Notes: generated by a model not told the origin, from the letters alone. DNA of 64,000 bases from Malacoraja senta (GCA_038087875.1 JAXLNO010000263.1:1-64000); one strand, 5' to 3'; counted from the first letter of the stretch, positions 24,403-37,585 are shown. A program made the numbers and translations.

Positions 24403-24935
24403 TTAAGATAACTAAACTAAAAGATAAAGATAAATGTGTAAAGTAAGAGATACAATGACTTTCCCTTTTTACCATATCTGAACATATGGGGGAACATTGG
24501 TAGAACTTAGTCCTGCTGAGAGATGAGCCCATTGAAGATCCACAAACATTCCTCCTTGGAGGGTTCCCGAGATTGGTTACAGGACAGAAAGGTTCTTCCT
24601 GATTTCTTCAGCATCCTTGGGTTATGGATGGATTAGCCTGGTGCTGATCCAACCAGCAAAGTCAAATTGGGAGCTGGTGGGATGGGGTTGTGGATACCAC
24701 GCAGGCTTTGTAGATGACCCTGAGCCCGGGACTTGGGACGGAATCTGGAGCCTGTGGCCAGGAATATTGTTCATCCAGGAACAGGAGCACCCTCACTGTT
24801 GGAATAGGATCACAGGGATTCCAGGGCTGAGGAAGCCTGGATCTGTATAATGGAAGTATATGGTCACGTTGGTATGACGTTGCGTTTGTTTTTCATAAGA
24901 ATTTATGCATTTATACCTTCTTTCTAAACCTACAG

Positions 24936-24989
24936 GGACCTCAGGGTCTTCAAGGATATCCTGGTATGATGGGAGGAAAAGGTGAAAGA
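24936..24989 (+). CDS. col9a2: col9a2-like exon 14 (GPQGLQGYPGMMGGKGER)
   Basis: cag|...|gtaagg; 54 bp. Confidence 0.93.
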
Positions 24990-25355
24990 GTAAGGAACTT
25001 TTTGAAGTATATCTCTTGATTATTTTGGCTGAAATGTAAGATGGAATGGTAGATTCTTTTCAGTGGAGATAACACACTGTTGAATGACACCACCTCTCAG
25101 TGAGCTGTGCAGAGGGTTTGAGGACCACGGTGAGTTTACCTCTCATGGCAGACTTTGAATGACATCTCTGACCAGACACGATTTGGTTTAAGAATTTTGG
25201 GCTATGAGATTTTTAATTTCTGATAGATCCAGCGAGGGAATAGCAATGGTCATGCAGAAAACAAGGGTGGAGTTATTCTGGGGCAAACTCAACAGCACTT
25301 ATTAAATCTAAAAGACATGTGTTGTGGCTCACTCACGGTTTCTCCTTCTCCATAG

Positions 25356-25409
25356 GGTGCTAGTGGATACAAGGGCGTGATTGGTGTCCGTGGCCCAATG
25401 GGCCTTCCG
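25356..25409 (+). CDS. col9a2: col9a2-like exon 15 (GASGYKGVIGVRGPMGLP)
   Basis: tag|...|gtgagt; 54 bp. Confidence 0.93.
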
Positions 25410-25649
25410 GTGAGTAACAAACCAATGTATCCCACGCTTGTTTTGCTACCTTGTCTTCCCAACCAGTTGTTCTTGGTTCCCAACTGTTGAGGCAAAATTG
25501 CAAATGTTCTGCTTTGACAAGTGGGTGTGAGAGAGAGTGCAATGCATGTATGTGTGTGTGTGAGTGTGTGAGAGAGAAAATGTGTGTGCGCACGAGTGTA
25601 TGTGTAAGAGAGAGCTGAAACGCCCTCATACACACATACACACATTCTC

Positions 25650-26386
25650 ACATCATAATCACAATAATCATAATCATACTTCATTAGCCAAGTATGTTTT
25701 GCAACATACGAGGAATTTGATTTTCCATTCAGACAAACCAATAAAAAGCAACAAACACAAAACACATTTTAACATGAACATCCACCACAGTGACTCCTCC
25801 ACATTGCTCACTGTGATGGCAGGCAAAACAAAAGTTCAATCTCTTCCCTCGGTCGGGAGCCTCAAGCCCTCCGTTGATGGGACGATCTCGGCTCCTCCGT
25901 GTCGGGGCGATCAAGCTCCCGCTTCGGGGGGGGATCTCAGCTCCCCCGCGCTGGGCGATCGGACCCCGGGTCGGGGCTAGTCGAACCTCCTGCAACTTTG
26001 GAGCTCCCGACATCAGTCTCTACCCGAGACTGCGAGCTCCTCGTTGGTGAAATCCACAGGCCACTGTTGGAGCATCGATCCCAGGCACGGGATCGCAGGC
26101 TCCGATGGTAAGTCCACGGCCCCGCGGTGGGGCTCAAAGTCAGTCCCGAGCAAGGCCTCCAGCTCCATGATGCTAGGCCGCAGAGATACGATTCTGAATA
26201 CAATCGCATCTCCGGCAAGGTAAGAGATTAAAAAAAAGTGTCCCCTGACCCCCTCCCACCCCCCACATAAAACAAACCAGAGAACATTAACACAAACTTT
26301 TTAAATCACACTAAAAATAATAAAAAAGACAAAAAGACAGACTGACTGTTGGCGAGGCTGCCATCGTTGACGGCGCCACCCAGTGG
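25650..26386 (-). mobile_element. Short non-autonomous LINE-derived element
   Basis: Minus strand: GC-rich start gtggcgccgtc..atggcagcctcgcc, 3' end caaattcctcgtatgttgc..cttggctaat plus (GATTAT)n tail; no coding core. Confidence 0.55.
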
Positions 26387-28079
26387 AATTGGTTAGGAAT
26401 AGTTACAAAAAGGAACATCGAAGATAAACCAACTGGTTTTTAACCAGTTCAAGACACATCACTATCGATGGCAAGTGGGGATTGGAGGAACAAAAATCTC
26501 CAGGGAATCCCTCCAACAGAATATTGTCGGGAGTCCCTCTTTCTTTTGCGAAAAGATACTAATATCTCAATCCTCAAATCACCCATTAATGGTGGAATTA
26601 GTCTTAACGGGCCCAGGAACAGTTAAAGATAAAGTTAAGGAACAGTAGCAACTAGTGCTCCTTAACACAAGGAGTTAAGAAATAGAAGTGAGGTCGGCCA
26701 AAGTGTTCTCAAGTCTGCTCCACCATCAAGGAAGATCACAAAGCTGAAGTGATCCGGGCCCCATTTGCACTCTCCTGCCTAGTCTTCCTAATTGTGACTT
26801 CCCTTCAGGCTGAACATATCACCACCTTGACCTTGAATAATATAGAAAAGAACATAGAACAGTACAGCACAGGAACGGGTCCTTTGGCCCACTGTGCCCA
26901 TGCTAAACCTAGTGCCAAGTTCACCTACTCCCCTGCCTGGAAATGATCCTTATCCCCCCTCTCTCTGCGCATCTCCGTGCCTATCTAAAAGTTAGTAACT
27001 ATTCTTGTAAAATATATATTATTGTTCCATATTATTGTTCTTCCGAGGTACACAATTGCAAAGATTCATAAGGCTTTGAGAAAAAAAGGTCCTCCTATAA
27101 TATAAAAAGCAGAAGAAACTGTTAACACTCGGCAGGTCAGGCATCATCTGTGAAGAAGAGCAACCATTAATGTTTCAGATTGAAGATCCTCCATCAGAAG
27201 TGGGAAGGAAACTAAATCATTTTATTCTGAAACTATGGCCCTTTTTTTCAGATTACCCATGAAGTGAAACATTGTCTCAGCATCTATTGTGAAAAGTCCA
27301 CTTACTAGTCTTAAAGGATTTAATAAGGTCCACTATTAAACTCCAGTAAGTAGGCCCAATCTGCTGAACCTTTCTTCACCAGTCCCTTTGTATCAGAATC
27401 CCACCATTTTGTCAAGTCATTGACAAACTTGAATACATACCTTTAGTATTTTCTCCAGATCATCAACGTAAACAGTAAGTCATTAAGGGCCAGGAATTGA
27501 TCCTTTGTAGTCTATGAGTGGTTTCTTTCCAGCCTGGAGCAGATCCATCTATTCACACTCTACCTTCCGCAAGATAGCTAATTCCAAGCAGCACAGCGGG
27601 TCAGGCGGAGTCTCTGGCGGGAATGGAACCTGCTACTTGGCACCTCAAAATAAGAGGGAGCCCGCTTAAAACTGCAATGAGGGGAGAAGTCAGAGCATGA
27701 TGTGGACACAGTATTCCTGGTGATTATTCCCTCTTGCTCATAATTCACGGAAATAATTTCCCTCGATGTTTAAGCCTGAATGCATCCCGCCCGCCCGACC
27801 CTCTCTGTGACATGGATATCAGCCTCAGCCTGCGGTCAGCTGGGACTGGACGGTTCCTGTATAATCAGACTGATGGTTTGTGTAATCCATGGACCTCCAC
27901 ACCTGTAGGACTCTTCTGCTGAGAAGTTGGTGGAAGTCCCACTGAAGCATTAATCAGGATTATTGTTAATCATTTCTACCCCAGACATCAGGTCCTTCAT
28001 CGCACCCTTGAATTCCTGTCATGATGGAAACTTCTCTATGCTGCTTTGACTGACTGTATTTCTCACTATTCTTCTTCAG

Positions 28080-28133
28080 GGTAAAAAGGGGCCAGAGGGG
28101 CCACTTGGTGACTTTGGCGACAAAGGAGTACAG
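28080..28133 (+). CDS. col9a2: col9a2-like exon 16 (GKKGPEGPLGDFGDKGVQ)
   Basis: cag|...|gtgaga; 54 bp. Confidence 0.92.
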
Positions 28134-28282
28134 GTGAGATATTTCAAAGTCGCACCACTTGATCCCATTGCACCCATGTTACCTCAGGAAGGAGTTTGGG
28201 TTGTAGAGCAGCAGTCACCAGATCAGAAGATCCCAGCGGTGTTTTACTAGTAATGTGTAGAGTACTCATTGGGGTGAGAAGT

Positions 28283-28700
28283 GTGCACAGGCTGTCAGCT
28301 GTGCAGTATTAGTGTACACAGGGGGTCAGCAGTGGAGTATTAGTGTACACAGTGAGCAGTTGTGTATTAGTGTGCACGGGATTATTTGTGGAGTATTAGT
28401 GTACACAGGGGATCAGTTGTGGAGTATTAGTGTGGACGGGATTAGTTGTGGAGTATTAGTGTGCACAGAGGGTTGGTGGTGGTGTATTATTGTACACAGG
28501 GTTGTCAGTGGTGGAGTATTAGTGTGCACGGGATTAGTTGCTGAGTATTAGTGTGCACAGACTGTCAGTGGTGGAGTATTATTAGTGTGCACTGTCAGTG
28601 GTGGAGTATTAATGTGCACAGGGGGTTGGTAGTGGAGTATTATTGTGCACAGGGTTGTCAGTGGTGGAGGATTAGTGCACACAGTGGGTCAGTATTGAGG
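28283..28700. repeat. Minisatellite, ~29-31 bp unit (gtggagtattagtgtgcacagggggtcagc-like)
   Basis: More than 12 degenerate tandem copies. Confidence 0.9.
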
Positions 28701-29120
28701 TATGGTCAGAAGTCGGCGGGGTGAATGTTAGTTGGTGTTATAACCTCTGTAGCGATCATAACTTCAGCAGACCACAGTGAAGTAATAATTTTACAGAACA
28801 GGGTTATGAGTGGAGTGAAGTGTTCGTGTGTGGAGGGCAGGCAGTGGGTGAAATATTATCTCGTGCAGGTCTGGCTGTGATGTGAAGTATTTATGCAAAT
28901 ATTGCTGCCAAGAGGTGATGGAGGCAAACATTGCTGCCGTGACAGAATGGGCCGAATGGCCTCCACCTGTTGTGCTTTATTTTGAAATCAGAAGTGGGTT
29001 GTTGTGACACTGTTTATTTGCCTGTAATTGTGTTCTGTACGGGGCAATGTTCTGCTCTGTATCCTGCCCTCTGATTACTCACTCGCTTACTCTGATCACT
29101 GACGGTTCTGTCACCCCCAG

Positions 29121-29174
29121 GGCGAGCGAGGCCAGCAGGGGCGGCAAGGACTCTCGGGGGCCAAGGGAGAAAAT
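29121..29174 (+). CDS. col9a2: col9a2-like exon 17 (GERGQQGRQGLSGAKGEN)
   Basis: cag|...|gtgagt; 54 bp. Confidence 0.92.
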
Positions 29175-29281
29175 GTGAGTAATTTTACGTTCAATTAATA
29201 ACAATCTGTGCAGAAATCACCTCGAATGATGCCCTTGGTTCGTGCCGATGGTCGCGGCTACTGTACATTGGTGCTGTGTAC

Positions 29282-29374
29282 TGACACAAAATGCTGGAGT
29301 AACTCAGCGGGACAGGCAGCATCTCTGGAGAGAAGGAATGGGTGACGTTTCGGGTCGAGACCCTCCTTCAGACT
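29282..29374 (-). mobile_element. Penelope-derived 3' repeat with hammerhead-like motif
   Basis: Minus strand agtCTGAAGGAGGGTCTCGACCCGAAACGTCacc...gatgctgcc. Confidence 0.65.
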
Positions 29375-29799
29375 TTGGTCCTATGTCTTTGAGTGCAGTG
29401 AGCAGTGGGAGTTTTGCCTGGAATCGCACTGCAGGGCCGAGCTGTCATCTGGGCTCAGAGGGGTGCTGAGTTGCCCAGGTCTGAGCGCCAGTGTAGGGTG
29501 TACATGTGCCAAGCGGCGGCTGCTACGGGGTCTGGTGAAAGTTACAACTTCACAACTGTGTGAGAGGCAACATGCTGTAATTTCACCATCCTTCCCGTGA
29601 AGAAATGCAAATCAACATTTCTCCCAGGTTCCCCAGGTGAATTTTCAATGTCGTTCCCCCTGGTTCAGGGCTCTCCATTGGGGCAATGTGTTGTTTCCTT
29701 TCTGCGCTAACAGTTCCACCTGGCAACTCCATTTGACCATCTCCAAATTCCATTCTGAAGGGATCACAAGCCTTCGCACGCAGCTAGTCCTCAGAGTTA

Positions 29800-30168
29800 A
29801 GCCCCTGTCCCACTTAGGAGACCTAAACAGCCACCTCTGGTGACCTTGCCCGCCACCCAAGGTTTCCATGAGGTCACCGGAGGTTTTGGTCACTCTCCCT
29901 AATGGTCGAAAGTGGTTTCCGCGTGGTCGAGGCTTCATCTAAGTTGCTGCTATTTTTTCATCATGATTAAAACTGGCCTCGACTAAAAATAGGTTGCCGT
30001 TTTAAAAATCGATAATTCTAGTCGAAGCCGGTTTTCTTCATAGTCGAGGAAGGTTTTCAACATATGCGTGGTAGGAGGTTGCAGGTCACCTCGACCTTGA
30101 TTTTTTTTTGGGTGTTGGGCAAGGTCACCAGAGGTTGCTGTTTAGGTCTCCTAAGTGGGACAGGGGCT
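29800..30168. mobile_element. PIF/Harbinger-type MITE
   Basis: ~50-bp TIR starting AGCCCCTGTCCCACTTAGGAGACC; TTA TSD. Confidence 0.85.
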
Positions 30169-30299
30169 TTAAGCTCCTTTTGTTCTGGTGCACCTGCACA
30201 GTCCCACTGAGAACAACGTGGTATGGTGTCCACAACTTGCTGCACTGTTCGAACTTCCATACTTTATCAAAGACTCCATCGAGCCTTCTGACTAAAGAA

Positions 30300-30810
30300 G
30301 GGTGTGACTAAAATCATGGCCTGGTTCAGAATCTCGAACACCCAGGAATGAAGGAGTTGGACAGAAAGTGATGGACGCTGCCTGGTACTGACTTCCCCAC
30401 ATCAGAAGGGTCTACAGGAAGCGCTGCCTCAATAAGGCATGTAGTATCATCAAAGACCCACACCACCCTGGCCACGCTCTCACCTCGCTGCTACCATGGG
30501 AAGGTGGTACAGGAGCTTGAGAGCTGTGATCTCCAGGTTCAAGAACAGTTTCTTCCCAGCAACCACCCCACACAACCCTAACCACAACCCAACCACAGCA
30601 ATGGTCTGGTATCAACTTTGTTTAGGTTGCACTACTTCAGTTTGCACTATGATGATTTGGTTATCTAGTATTATTGATCATAATTGTATGTTTTGTTGAT
30701 TAGGTTATATTTGTTGCTTTGATGTTTTAATGTGCCTGAATGGCAAGTAAGAATATCATTGTTCTGTTCTCGGTATGTACGACAGTTAAACATTCTTGAC
30801 TCCTGACTTT
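30300..30810 (+). mobile_element. Rex1/Babar-type LINE 3' end
   Basis: GRWYRSLRAVISRFKNSFFP; (TTGACTC)-like tail. Confidence 0.7.
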
Positions 30811-30969
30811 CTTTTGCCCTGACTGGGTTGAACTGAGTTTTACCCAGCAACACTCCCCCTGATGCCAGTAACGGGGACTGGAGCTGATCTCTGTAAAACT
30901 GGACCTGGCAAATTCATTGTCCATGCACTCATTCCCTCTACTCACCACGCACTGTGTGTTTTATTGCAG

Positions 30970-31023
30970 GGACTTCCAGGCATCGATGGGAAGGATGGCA
31001 TGCCCGGGGTTCCTGGTATGAAG
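30970..31023 (+). CDS. col9a2: col9a2-like exon 18 (GLPGIDGKDGMPGVPGMK)
   Basis: cag|...|gtattt; 54 bp. Confidence 0.93.
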
Positions 31024-31178
31024 GTATTTAATGGTGAAGAGGTTCGGCTCGGGATCGGGTGAATTAATCAATGATCCACAGTGGATTAGTACAAAAACTG
31101 TGAATGACAGGGGCCTGGTTAAACTAGCTGCCCACAAATATTGTACGCAAACAAATCCGCTTTCTCATATCAATCTAG

Positions 31179-31325
31179 CTCCTCCATAAAGATAGCGGAG
31201 TCAGGGGATATGGGAAGAAGGCAGGAATGGGGTACTGATTGGGGATGATCAGCCATGATCACATTGAATGGCAGTGCTGGCTCGAGGGGCCGAATGGCCT
31301 ACTCCTGCACCTATTGTCTATTGTC
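31179..31325 (+). mobile_element. Short CR1 3' insertion with 11-bp TSD
   Basis: TSD TATCAATCTAG (31168-31178, 31326-31336); (CTATTGT)n tail. Confidence 0.8.
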
Positions 31326-32863
31326 TATCAATCTAGTTTGAATAACTCCTCATCCAAAATGACGCTGAACCACATTTAGTGGAAATGAAATTGGTAAAGA
31401 TCAATTAGACTTGCACTTCTTCCCTGGAACCATACTGGCAGATAACAGAAAAGCAGTAATTAAAGTATATAAAATGATGAGACAGGTCGGGTAGACAGTC
31501 AGAACCTTTCTCCCAGGGTGGAAAATGTCAAGGATAAGAGGGCAGAGGTTTAAGGGGAGAAGGGCAAAGTTTCAAGGAACGGCACCATGCAACTTTTTTA
31601 CTGAGAGTATGTGGTTGGTATGGAACACGCTGCCAGGGAGTCAGGTATAATAGTGGCATTTAAGAGGCTGTTAGATGGCACATGGATATGCAGGGACTGG
31701 AGGGATAGGGATCACTTACAGGCAGAGGAGATTAGTTAAACTTGGCAACAGGTCCAGCATGAACAATGTGAGCCAAAGGGTCTGTGCCTATGCTGTAGTG
31801 TTCTATGTTCCATGTAAACATTGTCTCAGAGGCTCTCCAGATCTGCAGTGGTTTGCTCCAAGTTTCCGTCAGACTTCCACCAGTGTTTGTCCAAAGGTGA
31901 TCCCTGACCCTCTCTCAGAGATCAGGTGTGGCTTCAATCAGCACAGGTCAGCTCGGACTGCTGCAGGCCCTTGCTAAGTGTGGAGTCAAGGGGTTGCCTT
32001 AAGGCAGAGGGCAGCGTGGAAGGTGAACACTGAGAGCTGAATGCCCAGTGATGAGATGGCTGCATACATTCTCTGTGTATCTGCACTCTGAGAGTATGTG
32101 TTACTGGTGCTCTGCCACTGCAGTGCACATTCCCCGCGCCATCCCATCGGATCACACCATTGACCAGATCAGTGTTGGTCAAGTTTGACTAGTAGCGCAG
32201 AGGGGCAAGGGACAGCAGTCAGGAGCTAAAGACAAACCGCTGGAGGAGCTCAGCGGGTCAGGCAGCATCCGTGGGCAAGGGATGGGGGGAAGGAATTTAG
32301 GTAGAGACCCTGCATGGAGAGTGGGGAGATAGCCAGTAGAAAGAGGGGAGGGGGATGGAGGCAGGGCCAGAAGATGATAGGTGGAAGCTGATAGGTGAGT
32401 GGAACCAGGAGGGGAGGGGTTGCGAAGGGGGGGATAGTTGGGAGACAGGGACAGGTGTGGAGGGGTTGTGGGTAGGAGAGGTTGGAGATAGTCAGCGGCA
32501 GGAGGGTGACCAGTCTCATTACAGCCGTTTTGAACAGACAAACAAAATTCCACCCCACATCCCCCCTGGCTCTATCCATACTTCTCAGTGGCAGATCTAC
32601 TTTCACAAGGGTAAACTCTCGGAAAACAGCCGACCCGAATGGAATTGCTGGACATGTTGTGAAATCATGTGCCTGGGAGCTACAATCTTTGCATCAGTCT
32701 GTGTCAGCGATTGTATTTAGCGTTGTATCTATCATTATATACACCGTTTAACCTTGAGCTTCATGTGAACAAAGAATTTCATTGCATTCTGGTCTATATC
32801 TCAATGCACTAACCAAACACAATGATATGAGAATAATATACAGATACTCCCCGACTTGCGTCA

Positions 32864-33204
32864 TGGGACTGTCCCACTTACGCAACTTTTTCGGCGACTG
32901 TTGGCACCCGTCATAGGTCGTTGCAGATCGCCGAAAATGTTCAACATGTTGAAAATCCAGCGGCGACCAGAAAGACGCTACGACTCTTTGGGCGACTAGG
33001 AGACTACTCACGACCATACAGGCGACACCCTGACGACATCCTGCCGTTTTGAAGCCTGTATGGTCGTGAGTAGTTGCCCAAAGAGTCGTACCTTGTTCTG
33101 ATCGCCGCTGGATTTTCAACGTGTTGAAAGTTTTCGGCAACCTGCTGCGACTATGACGGCTGCCGGCAAGTCACCGAAAAAATCGCGTAAGTGGGACAGG
33201 CCCA
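32864..33204. mobile_element. PIF/Harbinger-type MITE, nested in a possible Tc1/mariner (Tigger-like) MITE at 32841-33364
   Basis: TGGG(A/C)CTGTCCCACTTACGC TIRs; outer TA-flanked CAGATACTCCCCGACTT-like TIRs. Confidence 0.75.
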
Positions 33205-33517
33205 TTAGGCTCACGTTCCACAGACTCTTGCGTAAATCGGTAGTGCTACTGCGTAAGTAAATTTACTATTAGACGCGGAGACCAAGTGGGCATCAGTGGG
33301 CTTAAAGAATTGCTTACATAAGTACGTTTGCATGTCACTTTTTACGTATGTCGGCGAGTGCCTCTATATTGTTTTAAAAGAGGATGGATGGGTAGAGTGG
33401 AGACAAGGCAACAGCACAAGGTCTCCCTGAACCCTTCATCAAGTGCAACTCTGCTGAAACTCTGGAGAGAAGGAGCTAGTTGCTCACTGACCTTTGTTCC
33501 TCCCACTTACCCTGCAG

Positions 33518-33571
33518 GGTGGGACGGGCCGAGCTGGTATTCCTGGACCCGCTGGTTCACGGGGAGGAGCG
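33518..33571 (+). CDS. col9a2: col9a2-like exon 19 (GGTGRAGIPGPAGSRGGA)
   Basis: cag|...|gtgagt; 54 bp. Confidence 0.92.
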
Positions 33572-33699
33572 GTGAGTATCTCCACACATCCACGCTTATT
33601 CAAGACTGGGCCGGCACAGACCAGAGGCACGAGACGCAGCCATGGGGAACCAGCCCTGCGTGCACTGATTCATGATCCCAAACATTGATGTAGATCTTG

Positions 33700-34560
33700 G
33701 ACCCCATGATCTTGGGGTCCAAGTCCATAGCTCCCTGAAAGTGGCAACACAGGAGGATTGAGCGGTAAAGAAAGCATATGGTACTCTTGTCTTCATCGGT
33801 AGACTGCATTATGTGGTATAAGGATCAGAAAGTCATGTTGCAGCATTACATGACTTTGGTTTGGCGCCGTTAGGCTGCATAATACAAGAGTATTGTGTGC
33901 AGTTCTGGTCGCCCCATTACAGGAAGCATGTGGAGGCTTTGGAAAGGGTGCAGGAGCGGTTTGCCAGAATGCTTAGGAAGGAACCTCAGATGCTGGTTTA
34001 TACTGAAGATAGGCACAAAATGCTGGAGTAACTCAGCAGGTCAGGCAACATCTGTGGAGAAAAGGACCAGGTGACGTTTTGGGTTGCAGCCTTTCTTCAG
34101 ACTGGTGCGTGGTTTAGTGGGTACTAACTATAAACAGAGGTTAGACAAACTTGGATTGTTTTTTTCTGCAGCATCAGAGGTTGATGGGAACACTTGATAG
34201 AAGTTTATGAGAGGTGTAGGCAGAATAGGTAGTCAGTATTTCTCCAAGGGTAGAAATGTCAAACACTCAAGGGCAGAACTTTAAAATGAGAAGAGGAAAG
34301 ATGTGTGGGGCAGGTTTTTTTTAAGAGAGTGGTGGGCCTGGAATGTATTGCCCGGGAATGGGGTTAGGGGTTGGCAGAGTTTGACAGCAGACAAGATAAT
34401 GACATTCAAGAGGCATTTAGGCAGACATGTGAACATGCAGGAGATGGAGGGATATGGATCATGTGCAGGCCGGTGGGGTTTGCTCGATCTGGTGTCATGT
34501 TGAACACAGACATGGTGGGCCAAGGGGGCCCATTCCTCATCTGCATGGTCCTCTATTCAA
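33700..34560 (+). mobile_element. Degenerate CR1 3' region interrupted by a Penelope-derived repeat (~33975-34105, minus strand)
   Basis: EYCVQFWSPHYRK.V.ALE.VQ motif; CR1 3' UTR. Confidence 0.7.
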
Positions 34561-34732
34561 TGGTGCATATTTTATTGCTTTGTGCCGGAAGACTCAACAA
34601 AACTTTGGCAAAGATGCATCCGGCCATTGGGTGGTTAAAGTAGATGTGTGGACTGTTTAGGGAATGGAATCGATGGCAAGAGAAGCTTACCGTGGGAGAA
34701 AAGAGAAGAGATATGTATGAGGAGTGTGCCCT

Positions 34733-35045
34733 GTGGAGAGTGACACCTTCAGGGACTGTACCTTGGGTAGAGACACACCTACAGGGACAGAACCTTGGGT
34801 AGAGTGACACCTACAGGGACAGAACCTTGGGTAGAGACACACCTTCAGGGACAGAACCTTGGGTAGAGTGACACCTACAGGGACAGTACCTTGGGTAGAG
34901 ACACACCTACAGGGACAGTACCTTGGGTAGAGACACACCTACAGGGACAGTACCTTGGGTAGAGACACACCTACAGGGACAGAACCTTGGGTAGAGACAC
35001 ACCTTCAGGGACAGAACCTTGGGTAGAGACACACCTACAGGGACT
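34733..35045. repeat. Minisatellite, 32-bp unit GGGTAGAGACACACCTACAGGGACAG(T/A)ACCTT
   Basis: About 10 near-identical tandem copies, with degenerate copies up to ~35235. Confidence 0.93.
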
Positions 35046-35312
35046 GTGGTGTATTCTGGATCTTAGTACACTATCCATGTTCGTATGTGGTGAGTAATAC
35101 TTCCGGGGGGGGGGGAGTCAGCACCTTGAGGGACTGTACATTGGGGAGATTGTAGAGTGACAACTTCAGGGACTGTACCCCGGGTAGAATGACAACTTCA
35201 GGGGCAGTACCCTGGGTAGAGTCACACCTATAGGCAACGTGGTGTATTCTGGATCTTAGTACACTATCCATGTTCGTATGCGGTGAGTAATTGCTGTAAT
35301 TTCCTTTTGCAG

Positions 35313-35357
35313 GGTTTACCGGGACAGCCGGGACAGAAGGGTGCTGCTGGCCACACG
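35313..35357 (+). CDS. col9a2: col9a2-like exon 20 (GLPGQPGQKGAAGHT)
   Basis: cag|...|gtaact; 45 bp. Confidence 0.92.
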
Positions 35358-37531
35358 GTAACTGAACTTCCCTTAAACTTTCCCATTGAGAACACATTTG
35401 TGCTGTTCAGGTCACATTTAAGTGAAATATGTTGCTCAATTTGTCAGCTATAAAGGCAGAAATGCAATGTGAGTGAAACCGGAAGTCTCTGTAGCTTTGG
35501 GAATGGACGTACCAGTGTCCTGTGGATCCAAGGGACGGCACTAGGATGCCGTCGGTGGAGAGATGCGGAGAGGAAGCCTCCCTCACTGGCTGCTCAGAGT
35601 TTGTATTATTCATGTCCACGTGCCTGCCCATCTCCTCCACACAATGAATTTCAGAGCAGATGGACATCCCAGTGAAGTGAGGACGTGTATGTGGCTTGCC
35701 AGCTCGGGGTGACACTGCCGCCCATCGCTCAGAGTTAAATCCCCCCTGGTCCTATCACCTACATCATGGTCCCCGGGTCTGGTGCTGGGGCAGGAGAGCT
35801 CAGTGATGCACAATAGCTCCTTGACTTGCATCAGTGCCTCTCCAGCCCTTCAAAAGAGTCAACCAATCATTCCCACTCCCCCTCCACGCCTGGGAATGCC
35901 TCCTTTCCAACAAGGTCCAATTCCATACCCGATTATTGATCTTAGACCTGAAACATTAGCAGCCTGACCTGCCGAGTGTTTCAAGTAGGGTCTCTTTTTA
36001 TTTTGGATTTCCAACATCTGGAGATTTTTTTTCAATTCCAATTCCAACCACAGTGTGGGCATTAGTGGTGATTATTGTCAGGATTTATCATTCAACCAGA
36101 CTAGTTCTTTCTTCCACTGTAGTGGATATTAAATCCAAAAGCTATATAAACGCTCTAATGCACACTGCCTGGTTTTTATGTTCCATGTAATTCAATATGA
36201 TTTTAAAAAACTGTTGGCTTATAGTGAGTTCCTCAAAGTCCGTGGTTTTCCTGGCAGGTTCTCAGAGAGATGTGTAGGTACCTTTAGCACAGCAGCAGAG
36301 ACATGGGGAAAAGAGGAAGCCATTTGCCCTGAGCTTGCTCCGCCATTTTATATGATCGTCCAAATATGGGATCAGACATGGGGTGGGAACAGACACTTCA
36401 TCCCATCAAATCTGCACTAGCAGTCTAGCACATAGTTAGATTAATCCCACACGAAACCCATTTTATTCTCCACGCATTTCCATCAACTACCTCCAGCATG
36501 AGAGCCGTTACAGTGGTCAATGGCCCTACAAACCCACATGTCTTTGGGAGATGACAGGAAGCAGGAACTCCCGGAGAAAACCTGCACAATCACAGGGAGA
36601 ACGTGCAAACTCCACACGGATAGTGCTGAGTGACCTGGGGAGTGAGACAATAGCTCTGCTTGCTGCCCACTGCCTGCACTTCCCCCACATACCCCGATTG
36701 CTCTGCTTGCTGCCCACTTCCTGCACTCCCCCACATACCCTGATTGCTTTAGCTACTAAAACTTTATACAGCTCCCCTTTAATATATTTGCTGGGAAAGA
36801 AGGCAAATGCAAGCTAATAGGACCAGCCTAGAATGCCAACTTGATCAGTATGGACAAGGTGGGCCAAAGGACCTGCTTCCGTGCTGACTCTCGATTTAAC
36901 GATTTGGCCTCAACTGCTTTACATAGCAGAGAAATTCACAGATTTACCACTTTGTAATAAAGCACGGAACATGCCCTGTGGCCCAACCCGTGATCAATGC
37001 CGACCAAGATGCCCCATCTAAGCTACCCTATTTGCCCATGTTTGGCCCATATTCCTCTAAACCCTTCCTATCCATGTGCCTGTCTAAGTGTCCTTTAAAT
37101 GTTACCATAGTACCTGCTTCAACTACCTCCTCCGGCAGCTTGTTCCATATACCCACCACCCTTTGAGTGAAAAGGTTGCCCCTCGGGTTCCTATTAAATC
37201 TCTCCCCTCTCACCATAAACCTACGTAATTTTCTCTGTAGCTGATTTCAGATGTGCCTTTATCTATCCAAATATCCTTCCTAAATATAGAATTCAACCCC
37301 CTAACTTCTGCCCATTCATATCCCTACGGAGCTCGTTAAAATTGACCATTTTGATCAGATTTTTGTTTATTGACCATGACGCTTCCTCTGCATCTTCAGT
37401 TGAATTGTCTGCTCTACACTCCTGAGATGTGTATTGGAACGTTTTACTCTTTAAAATTGCCATGGAAATTAAACTGTTGTTTTCTCTGAAATATGTTTTC
37501 TGCGCACTAACTGAGAGTATTTCTGTCACAG

Positions 37532-37585
37532 GGTGAAAGTGGTTTGCAAGGAATGACGGGCTCCTCTGGTCCACGGGGTAAACTG
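37532..37585 (+). CDS. col9a2: col9a2-like exon 21 (GESGLQGMTGSSGPRGKL)
   Basis: cag|...|gtaaga; 54 bp. Confidence 0.92.

Noticed and set aside
34733..35045. 32-bp repeats resembling a CRISPR array (also 28283-28700)
   Set aside because: Head-to-tail units with no unique spacers, eukaryotic context and no cas genes.
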